A stretch of 64,000 nucleotides of DNA from positions 7,080-71,079 of the forward strand of contig JADLFN010000026.1 of the NCBI GenBank assembly GCA_020845475.1, read 5' to 3'. This DNA is from Planctomycetota bacterium. Its GTDB lineage: Bacteria; Planctomycetota; UBA8742; UBA2392. The notes under the pieces are model-generated. The model worked only from the letters and a program-made list of their open reading frames with translations, was not told the origin of the DNA and made no database searches. The translations under genes and the position numbers were made by a program. The number at the start of each line of letters is the position of its first letter. Positions within the stretch are counted from its first letter, which is position 1. Positions 54,150-62,097 of this stretch are shown piece by piece.

Positions 54150-54619
54150 ATGTCGCGCAGCGACACTACGGCCTGGGCCGCGATGGCCTCTTTGCGCCCG
54201 AGCGCATCAAAACCCTCGTTCGTGCGCGCCTTCACGTTCACCTGGCTTGTGCGAATCTCGAGAATGTCGGCGATGCGTGCTTCCATCTTGCGCTTGAAAC
54301 GGCCCAGCTTCGGCGCCTGCGCAATCACGTTCGTGTCAATGTTCTCGATCTCATAGCCGCCCTCACGCACGAGGTCCCAGGCCTTCTTGAGCAGCATCGC
54401 GCTATCGGCGTCTTTCCATTTGGCGTCCGTGTCGGGGAACAGCTCGCCGATGTCGCCCTTGCCGGCAGCACCCAGAATCGCGTCCGTAATCGCATGCAGA
54501 AGCGGGTCCGCGTCGCTGTGGCCAAGGCAGCCGCGCTCGTAGGGAATCTGCACGCCGCCCAGCATCAGCTTGCGGCCTTCGACCAGCGCATGAATGTCAT
54601 ATCCGATGCCAACGGGCAT
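54113..54619 (-). CDS. ispF: 2-C-methyl-D-erythritol 2,4-cyclodiphosphate synthase
   Basis: [51 protein letters not shown]... The start at ATG 54619 was verified. The track ORF (to 55492) is an antisense extension. Confidence 0.9.
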   Translation of the reverse strand: MPVGIGYDIHALVEGRKLMLGGVQIPYERGCLGHSDADPLLHAITDAILGAAGKGDIGELFPDTDAKWKDADSAMLLKKAWDLVREGGYEIENIDTNVIAQAPKLGRFKRKMEARIADILEIRTSQVNVKARTNEGFDALGRKEAIAAQAVVSLRDMKSEVRSQRSEV

Positions 54620-54682
54620 GGCGTTCCCCTTTCCACGGCGGGCGATAGTATGCCCGTCGAGCGGACTTGTGTAGGGGACAAC

Positions 54683-55399
54683 ATGGCAGACCCGGTGATT
54701 TACGGTGACGGCAGCACGGACTACGAAAAATACATTCGCACGCAGGAGCTCTATCGTCTGCAGAAGGGCCCCAAGGAATGGGCCAACGAAGAGGAGCTGC
54801 TGTTCCAGAGCATCCACCAGGCCATGGAATTGTGGCTCAAAGTGGTAATCCAGCATCTCGAGCAATCGGTCGCTTGGGTGAAGGCCGACAAGCTGCGCGA
54901 CGCCACGCGCTTCATCAAGCGCACCGCCAGCATGATCGAGTTTCTGGGCGATAGCCTGAAGTTCCCGATGTCGATTGCGCCCTGGGATTACCACAAGATT
55001 CGCATGGGCCTGGGCAAGGGCAGCGGCCAGGAAAGCCCCGGCTTCAACAAGCTGCTCGACTCGCCCGAAAAGCTCTGGGAAGCCTACGCGGCTACGCTCA
55101 AGCGGCACAAGAAAACGATTGATGAGGTACACCAGGATCCGCACGGACTGCCCGACCTGTTTGAACTCACGATCGCGATGTCCGAGCTGGATCAGGAGCT
55201 GATGCACTGGCGTTATCGCCACTTCCAGCTCGTGAAGCGAATCATCGGCGACGCCGTGATGAGTTTGAAAGGCATCCCGGCCAGCGCGCTGGAGAAGAAC
55301 GGCAACATGGCGTTCTTCCCGGAAATCTGGGCGGTGATCAATCGAACCACGAACGCCTATAACCAGAAGTACAGGCCCCAAGGCGGCGGGGCCTATTAG
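54683..55399 (+). CDS. kynA: tryptophan 2,3-dioxygenase family protein
   Basis: [14 protein letters not shown]...[16 protein letters not shown]..., [14 protein letters not shown] (proximal His), FFPEIW all parallel the bacterial TDO pattern. Start at ATG 54683. Confidence 0.75.
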   Translation: MADPVIYGDGSTDYEKYIRTQELYRLQKGPKEWANEEELLFQSIHQAMELWLKVVIQHLEQSVAWVKADKLRDATRFIKRTASMIEFLGDSLKFPMSIAPWDYHKIRMGLGKGSGQESPGFNKLLDSPEKLWEAYAATLKRHKKTIDEVHQDPHGLPDLFELTIAMSELDQELMHWRYRHFQLVKRIIGDAVMSLKGIPASALEKNGNMAFFPEIWAVINRTTNAYNQKYRPQGGGAY

Positions 55400-55402
55400 T
55401 AG

Positions 55403-55422
55403 CACGGGCCTCCCGGCCCGTG
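55403..55422 (+). terminator. stem-loop right after the kynA stop (no T-tract)
   Basis: CACGGGCC-TCCC-GGCCCGTG, an 8-bp stem. Confidence 0.4.
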
Positions 55423-55425
55423 TAT

Positions 55426-55445
55426 GGGCGACCCATCGGTCGCCC
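55426..55445. repeat. REP-like palindrome GGGCGACCCATCGGTCGCCC
   Basis: Read directly. It differs by one base from the copy at 610..629. Confidence 0.85.
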
Positions 55446-55479
55446 GCGTGAAACGGGGCGTAAACGAATCGCGGGCGTT

Positions 55480-55507
55480 GTAGGGGCGACATATATGTCG
55501 CCCCTAC
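55480..55507. repeat. 28-nt palindrome GTAGGGGCGACATATATGTCGCCCCTAC (identical to 567..594)
   Basis: Read directly. Confidence 0.9.
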
Positions 55508-55518
55508 GGGAGAGAACC

Positions 55519-55725
55519 ATGAAACCCGGAATGATTCTTGTGCTGGTCGGAGCCGCGCTTGTGGTGTGCGCGCTCATGGACGTATTCGGCATGAGTCACG
55601 GCATCAATTTAGATCTCGGCTTCAAGAAGTTCAGCGAATGGCCCCCCGAACGCTGGGGTTTACTGGGCGCAGGGGCAGCGGTTGCAATCCTCGGCGCCTG
55701 GTCGCTCAAGGGCAAGGGACGCTAG
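55519..55725 (+). CDS. small membrane protein (68 aa)
   Basis: GGGAGAGAACC precedes ATG 55519. Two hydrophobic helices. Confidence 0.5.
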   Translation: MKPGMILVLVGAALVVCALMDVFGMSHGINLDLGFKKFSEWPPERWGLLGAGAAVAILGAWSLKGKGR

Positions 55726-55781
55726 CCAGAGTGACATTATCGTGAGGAAACAAGGCTGCACAACAACGCGCTCAACGGAGC

Positions 55782-56711
55782 ATGCACGAAATGCCACCTG
55801 ACTCAAAATTAGCCAGCCAGTTTTCCACGCTGATTGGGCGATGGAAGCGATTGATTCCGCTGGTCGGCGACCCTGTCTTCCCGCATCGGGACGCCCTGCC
55901 CGGTACCGTTCGCGATGCCTTCGGTTCCTTCGTTAGATCAATGAGGATGCAACTTACAACAGCAATAGAACAGGATCTCAAACGCATAGCGGCGATCAAA
56001 ACAACGCTAAAAAGGTGGTGGACCGAGCACGACTTGCTCACGGTAGCTCTCTTGCGGTTCGGCGAGGACGGCTACACCGAGCTAATGAAATGGGCTATGG
56101 AAGCGTCTGGGAGCAGCGAATTGGCACTGCTTTTACAGCATGCGTTCTTGAAACACTTCAATCTATTTGAGACATGCACCCCGTCTAAGCCGGCGGCAAT
56201 TCACTCTCAATTCCGTACCGACTATGGCAACTATCCGGATATGGTCATGGACTTCACGACGCTGGTAGTCGTGATCGAGGCTAAGACCGGTACAGACGAA
56301 CACGAAACGAGGACAAGCAAAGAAGGTGACACACTTAAGCACGCGATGCAGACAGAGGCCTACCCCTGGCAGGTGCGGGAAACTCTTGGGCGTTCCGACT
56401 CACTGCCTGTCCCAGTCGTCTTCGTGACTCCCGACAGGTGCAAACCTCAAAACGAAAGAGCTTTGCGCCTAAGTTATCTGGAGTTCGCGATCATACTGGC
56501 CCACACGCTCTCGAAAGTCCCGGAACACTGCATCCACGACTCATTGAGATGGGCATACAAAGCCGTGATCTCTCATTTCACTGTGTGCGGCTTGAGCCAG
56601 GAAGCCGTCACGTTCATCTTTGTCAACGACAATTCCTTGCCGTTGGACAAGTTGTCTTTGATTCAAGAAATCTCGGATCGATTGGGAGAAGTTCCGTATG
56701 GCGAAGATTGA
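55782..56711 (+). CDS. PD-(D/E)xK nuclease superfamily protein (PDDEXK_4-like arrangement)
   Basis: 309 aa. N-terminal WTEHDLLTVALLRF (E-x-x-h-T-x-x-L), then YPDMVMDFTTLVVVIEAKTG (D ... E-x-K core) and QTEAY. More AT-rich than its flanks by eye. Confidence 0.6.
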   Translation: MHEMPPDSKLASQFSTLIGRWKRLIPLVGDPVFPHRDALPGTVRDAFGSFVRSMRMQLTTAIEQDLKRIAAIKTTLKRWWTEHDLLTVALLRFGEDGYTELMKWAMEASGSSELALLLQHAFLKHFNLFETCTPSKPAAIHSQFRTDYGNYPDMVMDFTTLVVVIEAKTGTDEHETRTSKEGDTLKHAMQTEAYPWQVRETLGRSDSLPVPVVFVTPDRCKPQNERALRLSYLEFAIILAHTLSKVPEHCIHDSLRWAYKAVISHFTVCGLSQEAVTFIFVNDNSLPLDKLSLIQEISDRLGEVPYGED

Positions 56712-57225
56712 ATTTTCAGACATGGCGAGGGAGTATGCCGCGAATCTGGCGGTCATCCAGCGCGTCGAGAAGGAATTTGAAGAGAGCATTACAGCCTTTT
56801 GGGACAGCCTTTATTCTGAGCTAGCGTTAGGCGTTAAACCGTTGATCTTTGGTCATTCCAAGCCCACAAAGCAGTGGACCTTCTGGGCCTCCAACGTCAA
56901 GCGGCCCGAAAAAAAGTCGGAGTATTGGCCAGGAGCATTGCTTTGGACGGAAGACGCCTTCGATACGCGCATTGTACTGTCAGGAGAACTCCACCTAATT
57001 GCTGGAGTCCCTTCAGGTGAAGCTGAAATCTGCAAGAGCGTCCGTGCGTTGGCCGGTGATCCCAAGTTCTCGGCATTCTGCAAGCCTGACACCAAGGCGA
57101 TGTGGTATCTGTTCAGGGCTCAATTCAAATCCCCCAATGGCGCGGATATGCAAACTTTAGTCGAGCCGATTACGGGTCTCCTTCGCGCTATGCATGAGGC
57201 AACCGTGGCAGCGCAGCCCAAGTAG
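56698..57225 (+). CDS. hypothetical protein (175 aa)
   Basis: 14-nt overlap with the nuclease gene and the same AT-richer composition. No motif recognised. Confidence 0.5.
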   Translation: MAKIEFSDMAREYAANLAVIQRVEKEFEESITAFWDSLYSELALGVKPLIFGHSKPTKQWTFWASNVKRPEKKSEYWPGALLWTEDAFDTRIVLSGELHLIAGVPSGEAEICKSVRALAGDPKFSAFCKPDTKAMWYLFRAQFKSPNGADMQTLVEPITGLLRAMHEATVAAQPK

Positions 57226-57354
57226 GGTCAGATTCAGATTAATGAAAACTTGTGCTGGTACGACGGGGCACGGCTCAGCATTGCTCAGCGCAACGGGTAT
57301 CATTCGCTCGGTGGGGCACTTTGAAAAGCACTGTGGTCAAGTCGAAAGGCGGCT

Positions 57355-58029
57355 ATGTCAGATGACGTGGAAGATCTAAGTGTTTTCGATCCAATCGCGG
57401 AACGGAACCGACGGGCCGAACAAGACTTGCAGGCAAAAGAAGCCGCGCAACAGGCGAACCCCGTTGCATTAGATCCCGTCGCCCAGGCAGTAAAGTCGGT
57501 TCACCGCACTCTGTTGATCGTTATCGGAGTAGTCGTGCTTGGGTTAGTCGGCGCGGTCTCTGGCGTCGGTTATCAGCAGCGCCGTGCGTACGTTGACGAC
57601 GCAGAACGAGCCGCGCGCACACAACGCGACGAGTATTCCAAGCGGGCTCAACGCTACTTGGATCATGCGCGAGCATCCAAGAATCCAAAGGCGTTTGCTC
57701 TTTGGTGCGTCTACAGAGAGAGCGCAGGGACATACTTGTTGGTCATCAACGAACGCAAGGACCCGAGCTTCTTTCTGAGTGGAAGGTGGTCTGTGGCTGA
57801 AGCTAAACGTGACCGAACAGGGCAGTTTGAGGGCATGGATTGGTCCGCTGTGTCGAGCGAGCTGAAGGTCGCTGCTGAAGCGATCACACAATATGACATC
57901 CACATTGGGTCGCTGTTCAGCGCAGAAGCTGAAGACGAGCTGCGGGCCCAGCGAATGGCTTGCGCTTGGGCCGAGAAGGCCCTTGATGGATATACGTACG
58001 CAAGGGAGAACGATGGGACAACGAAGTAG
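57355..58029 (+). CDS. hypothetical single-pass membrane protein (224 aa)
   Basis: Acidic N-terminus, TM LLIVIGVVVLGLVGAVSGVGY, C-terminal globular part. No motif recognised. Confidence 0.5.
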   Translation: MSDDVEDLSVFDPIAERNRRAEQDLQAKEAAQQANPVALDPVAQAVKSVHRTLLIVIGVVVLGLVGAVSGVGYQQRRAYVDDAERAARTQRDEYSKRAQRYLDHARASKNPKAFALWCVYRESAGTYLLVINERKDPSFFLSGRWSVAEAKRDRTGQFEGMDWSAVSSELKVAAEAITQYDIHIGSLFSAEAEDELRAQRMACAWAEKALDGYTYARENDGTTK

Positions 58030-58103
58030 GTGCGGTGAAGCCGTTTTCAAAGCACACACACCTTGCTACTTACGAGTCGGCTGCGAAACACAGGGTCTAA
58101 CCC

Positions 58104-59264
58104 ATGCGTGTAAACGATCCCCTGCTTAAATGGCGCGAGGAGTTTCCGATCCTTTCGCGCAAGACCTACCTGATCAACAACTCGCTGGGTGCGATGCCCC
58201 GCGGCGTTTACGAAGGCGTCAAGCACTTCGCTGACATGTGGAACAACGACGGCGTCGTGGCCTGGCACTATCCCGACGGCTCGGGCTGGCTGCATGATTG
58301 CGAATTCACGGCCGACCTCATTGGCTCCGTGATGGGCGCGCCCAAGGGCAGCGTGATGCTGCACCTCAACGTAGCCACGCTTACGGCTCAGGTGCTCAGC
58401 TCAATTGATTTCTCAAAGAAGCGCAACGGCATCGTTTACGACACGATGCAGTTCACGAGCCCCCATTACGTCGTCCAGGAGTGGGCGCGCTATGGCGCCA
58501 GGATCACGATGGTTGAGAGCGACGACGGCATCGGCGTGGACGTGCAGAAGATCTGCGACGCCATCACCGAGAAAACCGCGCTCGTTCCCATCAGCCACGT
58601 CTATTTCCGCAGCAGCTACCTGCAGGACGTGCAGCCCATCATCGAGAAAGCCCACAAAGTCGGCGCGAAAGTGTTGCTCGACGTTTACCAGAGCATCGGC
58701 ACCGTGCCCTTTGACGTCACGAAAATGGGCGTCGATTACGTTGTCGGCGGCTCCGTGAAATGGGTCTGCGGCGGCCCGAACGTGTGCTACCTCTACATCC
58801 GCCCCGACCTGATCAAGGACTACGACCCCGCGCTCACGGGCTGGATCAGCCACGCGCGGCCTTTCAAATTCGAGATGGAGTTCACGCCCCACGAAGGTGT
58901 CTGGCGCGCGAGCACCGGGACTCCGCCCGTCGTTGCGCTTTACTCGTGCCGACCCGGCTACGAGATCATCAAGCAGGTGGGTGTCGAGAACATCCGCGAG
59001 AAAAGCCAGAGGCTGACCTCGCGCCTGATCGAGCAAGCCCAGGCCGCAGGTTTCAAGGTCAACACGCCGCTCGACCCCAAGCGCCGCGGCGGCACGGTGT
59101 GCATCGACTGGCCCGGCGCCGACAAAGCCGAGCAGGAGCTTATTAAACGCGGCTTCGTGATCGACTATCGCCCCAAGGGCGGCATCCGCGTCAGCCCGCA
59201 CTTCTATAACACGGAAGAGGAGTGCGACGCGATCATCGCTGAAATGAAGAAACTGCGCGCCTGA
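58104..59264 (+). CDS. kynU: kynureninase (class V aminotransferase fold)
   Basis: YLINNSLGAMP, VGGSVKWVCGGPN (compare KYLNGGPG), LTGWISHARPFKFEME, VIDYRPKGGIRVSPHFYNT all parallel Pseudomonas kynureninase. Confidence 0.8.
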   Translation: MRVNDPLLKWREEFPILSRKTYLINNSLGAMPRGVYEGVKHFADMWNNDGVVAWHYPDGSGWLHDCEFTADLIGSVMGAPKGSVMLHLNVATLTAQVLSSIDFSKKRNGIVYDTMQFTSPHYVVQEWARYGARITMVESDDGIGVDVQKICDAITEKTALVPISHVYFRSSYLQDVQPIIEKAHKVGAKVLLDVYQSIGTVPFDVTKMGVDYVVGGSVKWVCGGPNVCYLYIRPDLIKDYDPALTGWISHARPFKFEMEFTPHEGVWRASTGTPPVVALYSCRPGYEIIKQVGVENIREKSQRLTSRLIEQAQAAGFKVNTPLDPKRRGGTVCIDWPGADKAEQELIKRGFVIDYRPKGGIRVSPHFYNTEEECDAIIAEMKKLRA

Positions 59265-59316
59265 GCGCAAGCTACAATGCTCGCGCGTAGAAAACGCTGG
59301 GCACCAAGGAGAGAAT

Positions 59317-60513
59317 ATGCGCCTGGCATTGCTGGCAGTGCTGTTGGCTTCGCCGCTTCTTGCTCAATCGTCTGTGGCCACTGCGCCGAGTAACACCGAG
59401 GCCTTGGCGATCTACGAGATCAATCGCGCCCGCGCCAACCCGCAGGCCTATGACACCGCCAATTCGCTGGGCGGCGTCCTCACCGGCATCACGCCAGCCA
59501 GCCCGCTGGCGCTCAACGAGCGCCTGGTTACTTCTTCGCGCTTTCATTCAACTGAGATGGCCCAAAACGGCTACTTCGCGCACACCAGCGCGATCACGGG
59601 CAACCAGCCCAATCTTATGGTGCGCAACGCAGGCTACCCGCTGATCTCGAGCTTCCCCAACGCAGCGAATAATCTTGAATCGCTGGCATGCCAGTTTACG
59701 TCAAGCAGCGGCGGTATCAGCTATTCCGCACCCAACGCGATTCGCGCGCTGATCTTGGATAGCGGCGTGAGCCCGCCGGGCCACCGCTACCACCTGCTGG
59801 CATGGGGCGGATCGTCGAGCGAGATCAACTTCTACCGCCAGTTCCGCGAGATCGGCACGGGCTATGCCGAGGGTTTCCGCCCTGAAAGCCCCTACAGCTC
59901 CAGCACGCCGCCCGATGGCAGCGGCGCCTATTGGGCCATCCATACCGGCGTGCGCGACACAGCGGTCTATTTCATCTGCGGCTTTGTTTACAACGATGCC
60001 AACACCAACGGCCGCTATGACCTCGGCGAAGGCCTCAGCGGCGTGACCGTTTCGGCCAACGGCGGCGGAACGGTGACCGTGCCTGCGACCACCAACTCGG
60101 CCGGCATGTATTGGCTCAACCTCAACCCCGCCACCTGGACGTTGACTTGTAGCGGCGGAACTTTTGGCGGGCCCACTTACGCGCAAGTCACGCTGTCCAC
60201 GAACAACATCGCCGTCGATTTTCGGCAGGGCAACGCGAACGTCGACGTCAATTTCGGCACGTGGGGCGCGCTCACCGGCAGCGCCGTGCAGAACGGCAGC
60301 ACCAACCCCGGCCCCGGCAGCGGCGGAACGAGCGGCACGGGAAGCGGCGGCGGCTCGGGTGGCGGTGGTGGAGGTGGCGGCGGTTCCAGCGGCACCGGCG
60401 ATGCCGGCGGCGGTGGATGCTCGACGGATGAAACAGCGCTTGGATTTGCAGCCCTGCTTGCGCTGATTGCGTGTGCGCTGCAAGTGGCTACGCGCTTCCG
60501 CCGCTTGGCGTAA
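59317..60513 (+). CDS. secreted CAP/SCP-domain protein with a beta-sandwich module and a Gly-run/Cys/TM/basic tail
   Basis: Signal peptide MRLALLAVLLASPLLAQS. YEINRARANP...SSRFHSTEMAQNGYFAHTS fits a CAP/SCP domain. GFVYNDANTNGRYDLGEGLSGVTV is carboxypeptidase-regulatory-like. Tail: GGGGGGGGGSSGTGDAGGGGC-STDETALGFAALLALIACAL-QVATRFRR. Confidence 0.75.
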   Translation: MRLALLAVLLASPLLAQSSVATAPSNTEALAIYEINRARANPQAYDTANSLGGVLTGITPASPLALNERLVTSSRFHSTEMAQNGYFAHTSAITGNQPNLMVRNAGYPLISSFPNAANNLESLACQFTSSSGGISYSAPNAIRALILDSGVSPPGHRYHLLAWGGSSSEINFYRQFREIGTGYAEGFRPESPYSSSTPPDGSGAYWAIHTGVRDTAVYFICGFVYNDANTNGRYDLGEGLSGVTVSANGGGTVTVPATTNSAGMYWLNLNPATWTLTCSGGTFGGPTYAQVTLSTNNIAVDFRQGNANVDVNFGTWGALTGSAVQNGSTNPGPGSGGTSGTGSGGGSGGGGGGGGGSSGTGDAGGGGCSTDETALGFAALLALIACALQVATRFRRLA

Positions 60514-62044
60514 TGATTTCGAGCGCATCGCCGGCTTCAAGCCTGCCGCTGCATTTTGGCGGCAGGCGTTGCTTTTTGCCGCCGCGTATCAGCGCGTTTT
60601 CCCCCACCGCGCCATCGCTTGCGCCGTTGTAGCCGCGCGGGGCGTGCTTGCGGCGTTCCGTGAGCAAGCCGAACTCGCAGGGCACCAGTGCGCGGATGCG
60701 GCGAATGACGCCCGCGCCGCCGTGCCCGACTCGCGAAGATTCCTCGGCGCGCATGCCATACTCTTCAACGCGCAGCGGGTAAGCGTGCTCCAGCGCTTCG
60801 ATCGGCGTGTTGAGCGTGTTGGTCATGTGCGAGTGCGTGGCGCTTGCGCCAGCATGTTCGCGCGTCGCGCCGCAGCCGCCCGCGATGGTCTCGTAATAAG
60901 TGAACGGCTTATCGCCCCCACCGCCGATGGTCACGTTGTTCATCGTGCCCTGGCTTTGCGCGCAGCCTGTCCTGAGCAAAGTCGAAGGGCCTCGCCCGCC
61001 TGCGGCCTGTGAGAGCGCGCTGAGGCACACGTCCACGATGCGCTGGCTGGTTTCCACGTTGCCGCCCGCGACGGCGGCGGGCCTACGCGCGTTGACGATG
61101 CTGCCTTCGGGAGCAATCACCTGGACACACTCAAAGCAACCCGCATTAACGGGCGGCACGGGATCACAGAAACACAGCGCCGCGTAGTAGCAGGCGCTCT
61201 GCGTAACGGCGAGCACGGCATTGATGCCGCCGCGAACCTGTGGCGCAGAACCCGTGAAGTCAAACGTCAGGCGATTGCGCGCTACCGTCAGCTTGAGCTT
61301 GATCGGAATGTCCGTTGCACCCGCGCCATCATCGTCCATGACATCCTCGGTGCGATAGACGCCGCGTTTGAGTTTGGCGAACGAGTGCCGCATCAGCGAG
61401 CGGCTGTGTTCAAGCAATGCGTCGCAACGGCCTGCAAACTCACGCAACTCGCGGCCGAAGATAGCAACCATGCGCGCGGCGCCGCGTTCGCAAGCCGCCC
61501 TCTGGGCGCCGATGTCGCCGGCTCGTTCCTGCGACGTGCGCGTATTGGCAAGAATCAAAGACAGTGCAGTTTCTTCGAGGAGCATAGGCGGAATGACGAG
61601 CCCTTCCGCGATCAGGTCCGTTTGCGGAGACATGCTGCCGGGCGCGCCGCCGCCAATGTCAGCGTGGTGGGCGCGATTAGCCGCAAAGCCAATGCACCGT
61701 TTGCCCGCAAACACAGGCGCAACAATCGTGATGTCCGGCAGGTGTGTGCCGCCGTCGTAGGGGTCATTCACTACCGCAAATGACCCTCTCGTAAGACGAT
61801 TGCCCAGGGAACGCACGACTGCACTCACGCTTGCGGGCATGCTTCCCAAATGCACGGGCAAATGCGCGGCTTGGGCCAGCAGGCGGCCCTTCGCGTCGAA
61901 GAGCGCGCATGAGTAGTCCTGGCGCTCCTTGATGTTGGGCGAGAACGCGCTGCGCTTGAGCACTTCGCCCATTTCCTCGGCGGCCCCCACCAGCGCGTGG
62001 TGGAACACGCTGATCTCCGCTGATTGTGCAATGTCGCGAGTCAT
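60488..62044 (-). CDS. hyuB: hydantoinase B/oxoprolinase family protein
   Basis: Start at ATG 62044 (MTRDIAQSAEISVFHHAL...SPNIKERQDYSCALFD...). It matches the HyuB family pattern throughout. Confidence 0.85.
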   Translation of the reverse strand: MTRDIAQSAEISVFHHALVGAAEEMGEVLKRSAFSPNIKERQDYSCALFDAKGRLLAQAAHLPVHLGSMPASVSAVVRSLGNRLTRGSFAVVNDPYDGGTHLPDITIVAPVFAGKRCIGFAANRAHHADIGGGAPGSMSPQTDLIAEGLVIPPMLLEETALSLILANTRTSQERAGDIGAQRAACERGAARMVAIFGRELREFAGRCDALLEHSRSLMRHSFAKLKRGVYRTEDVMDDDGAGATDIPIKLKLTVARNRLTFDFTGSAPQVRGGINAVLAVTQSACYYAALCFCDPVPPVNAGCFECVQVIAPEGSIVNARRPAAVAGGNVETSQRIVDVCLSALSQAAGGRGPSTLLRTGCAQSQGTMNNVTIGGGGDKPFTYYETIAGGCGATREHAGASATHSHMTNTLNTPIEALEHAYPLRVEEYGMRAEESSRVGHGGAGVIRRIRALVPCEFGLLTERRKHAPRGYNGASDGAVGENALIRGGKKQRLPPKCSGRLEAGDALEIITPSGGSA

Positions 62045-62097
62045 CTGCAGCTCCGTGGCTGGCGACGCCCGTCGCCAGCAAACTAGGGCCGGAGGCC

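Noticed and set aside
54620-55492. N-terminal 291 aa of the 459-aa minus-strand ORF 54113..55492
   Set aside because: Only the last 168 aa (from ATG 54619) are IspF. The extension is antisense to the tryptophan 2,3-dioxygenase gene and has no similarity to IspD or anything else.
60340-60420. GGC/GGT-rich simple repeat
   Set aside because: It encodes the poly-Gly run of the C-terminal tail and is in frame, so it is not an independent repeat element.
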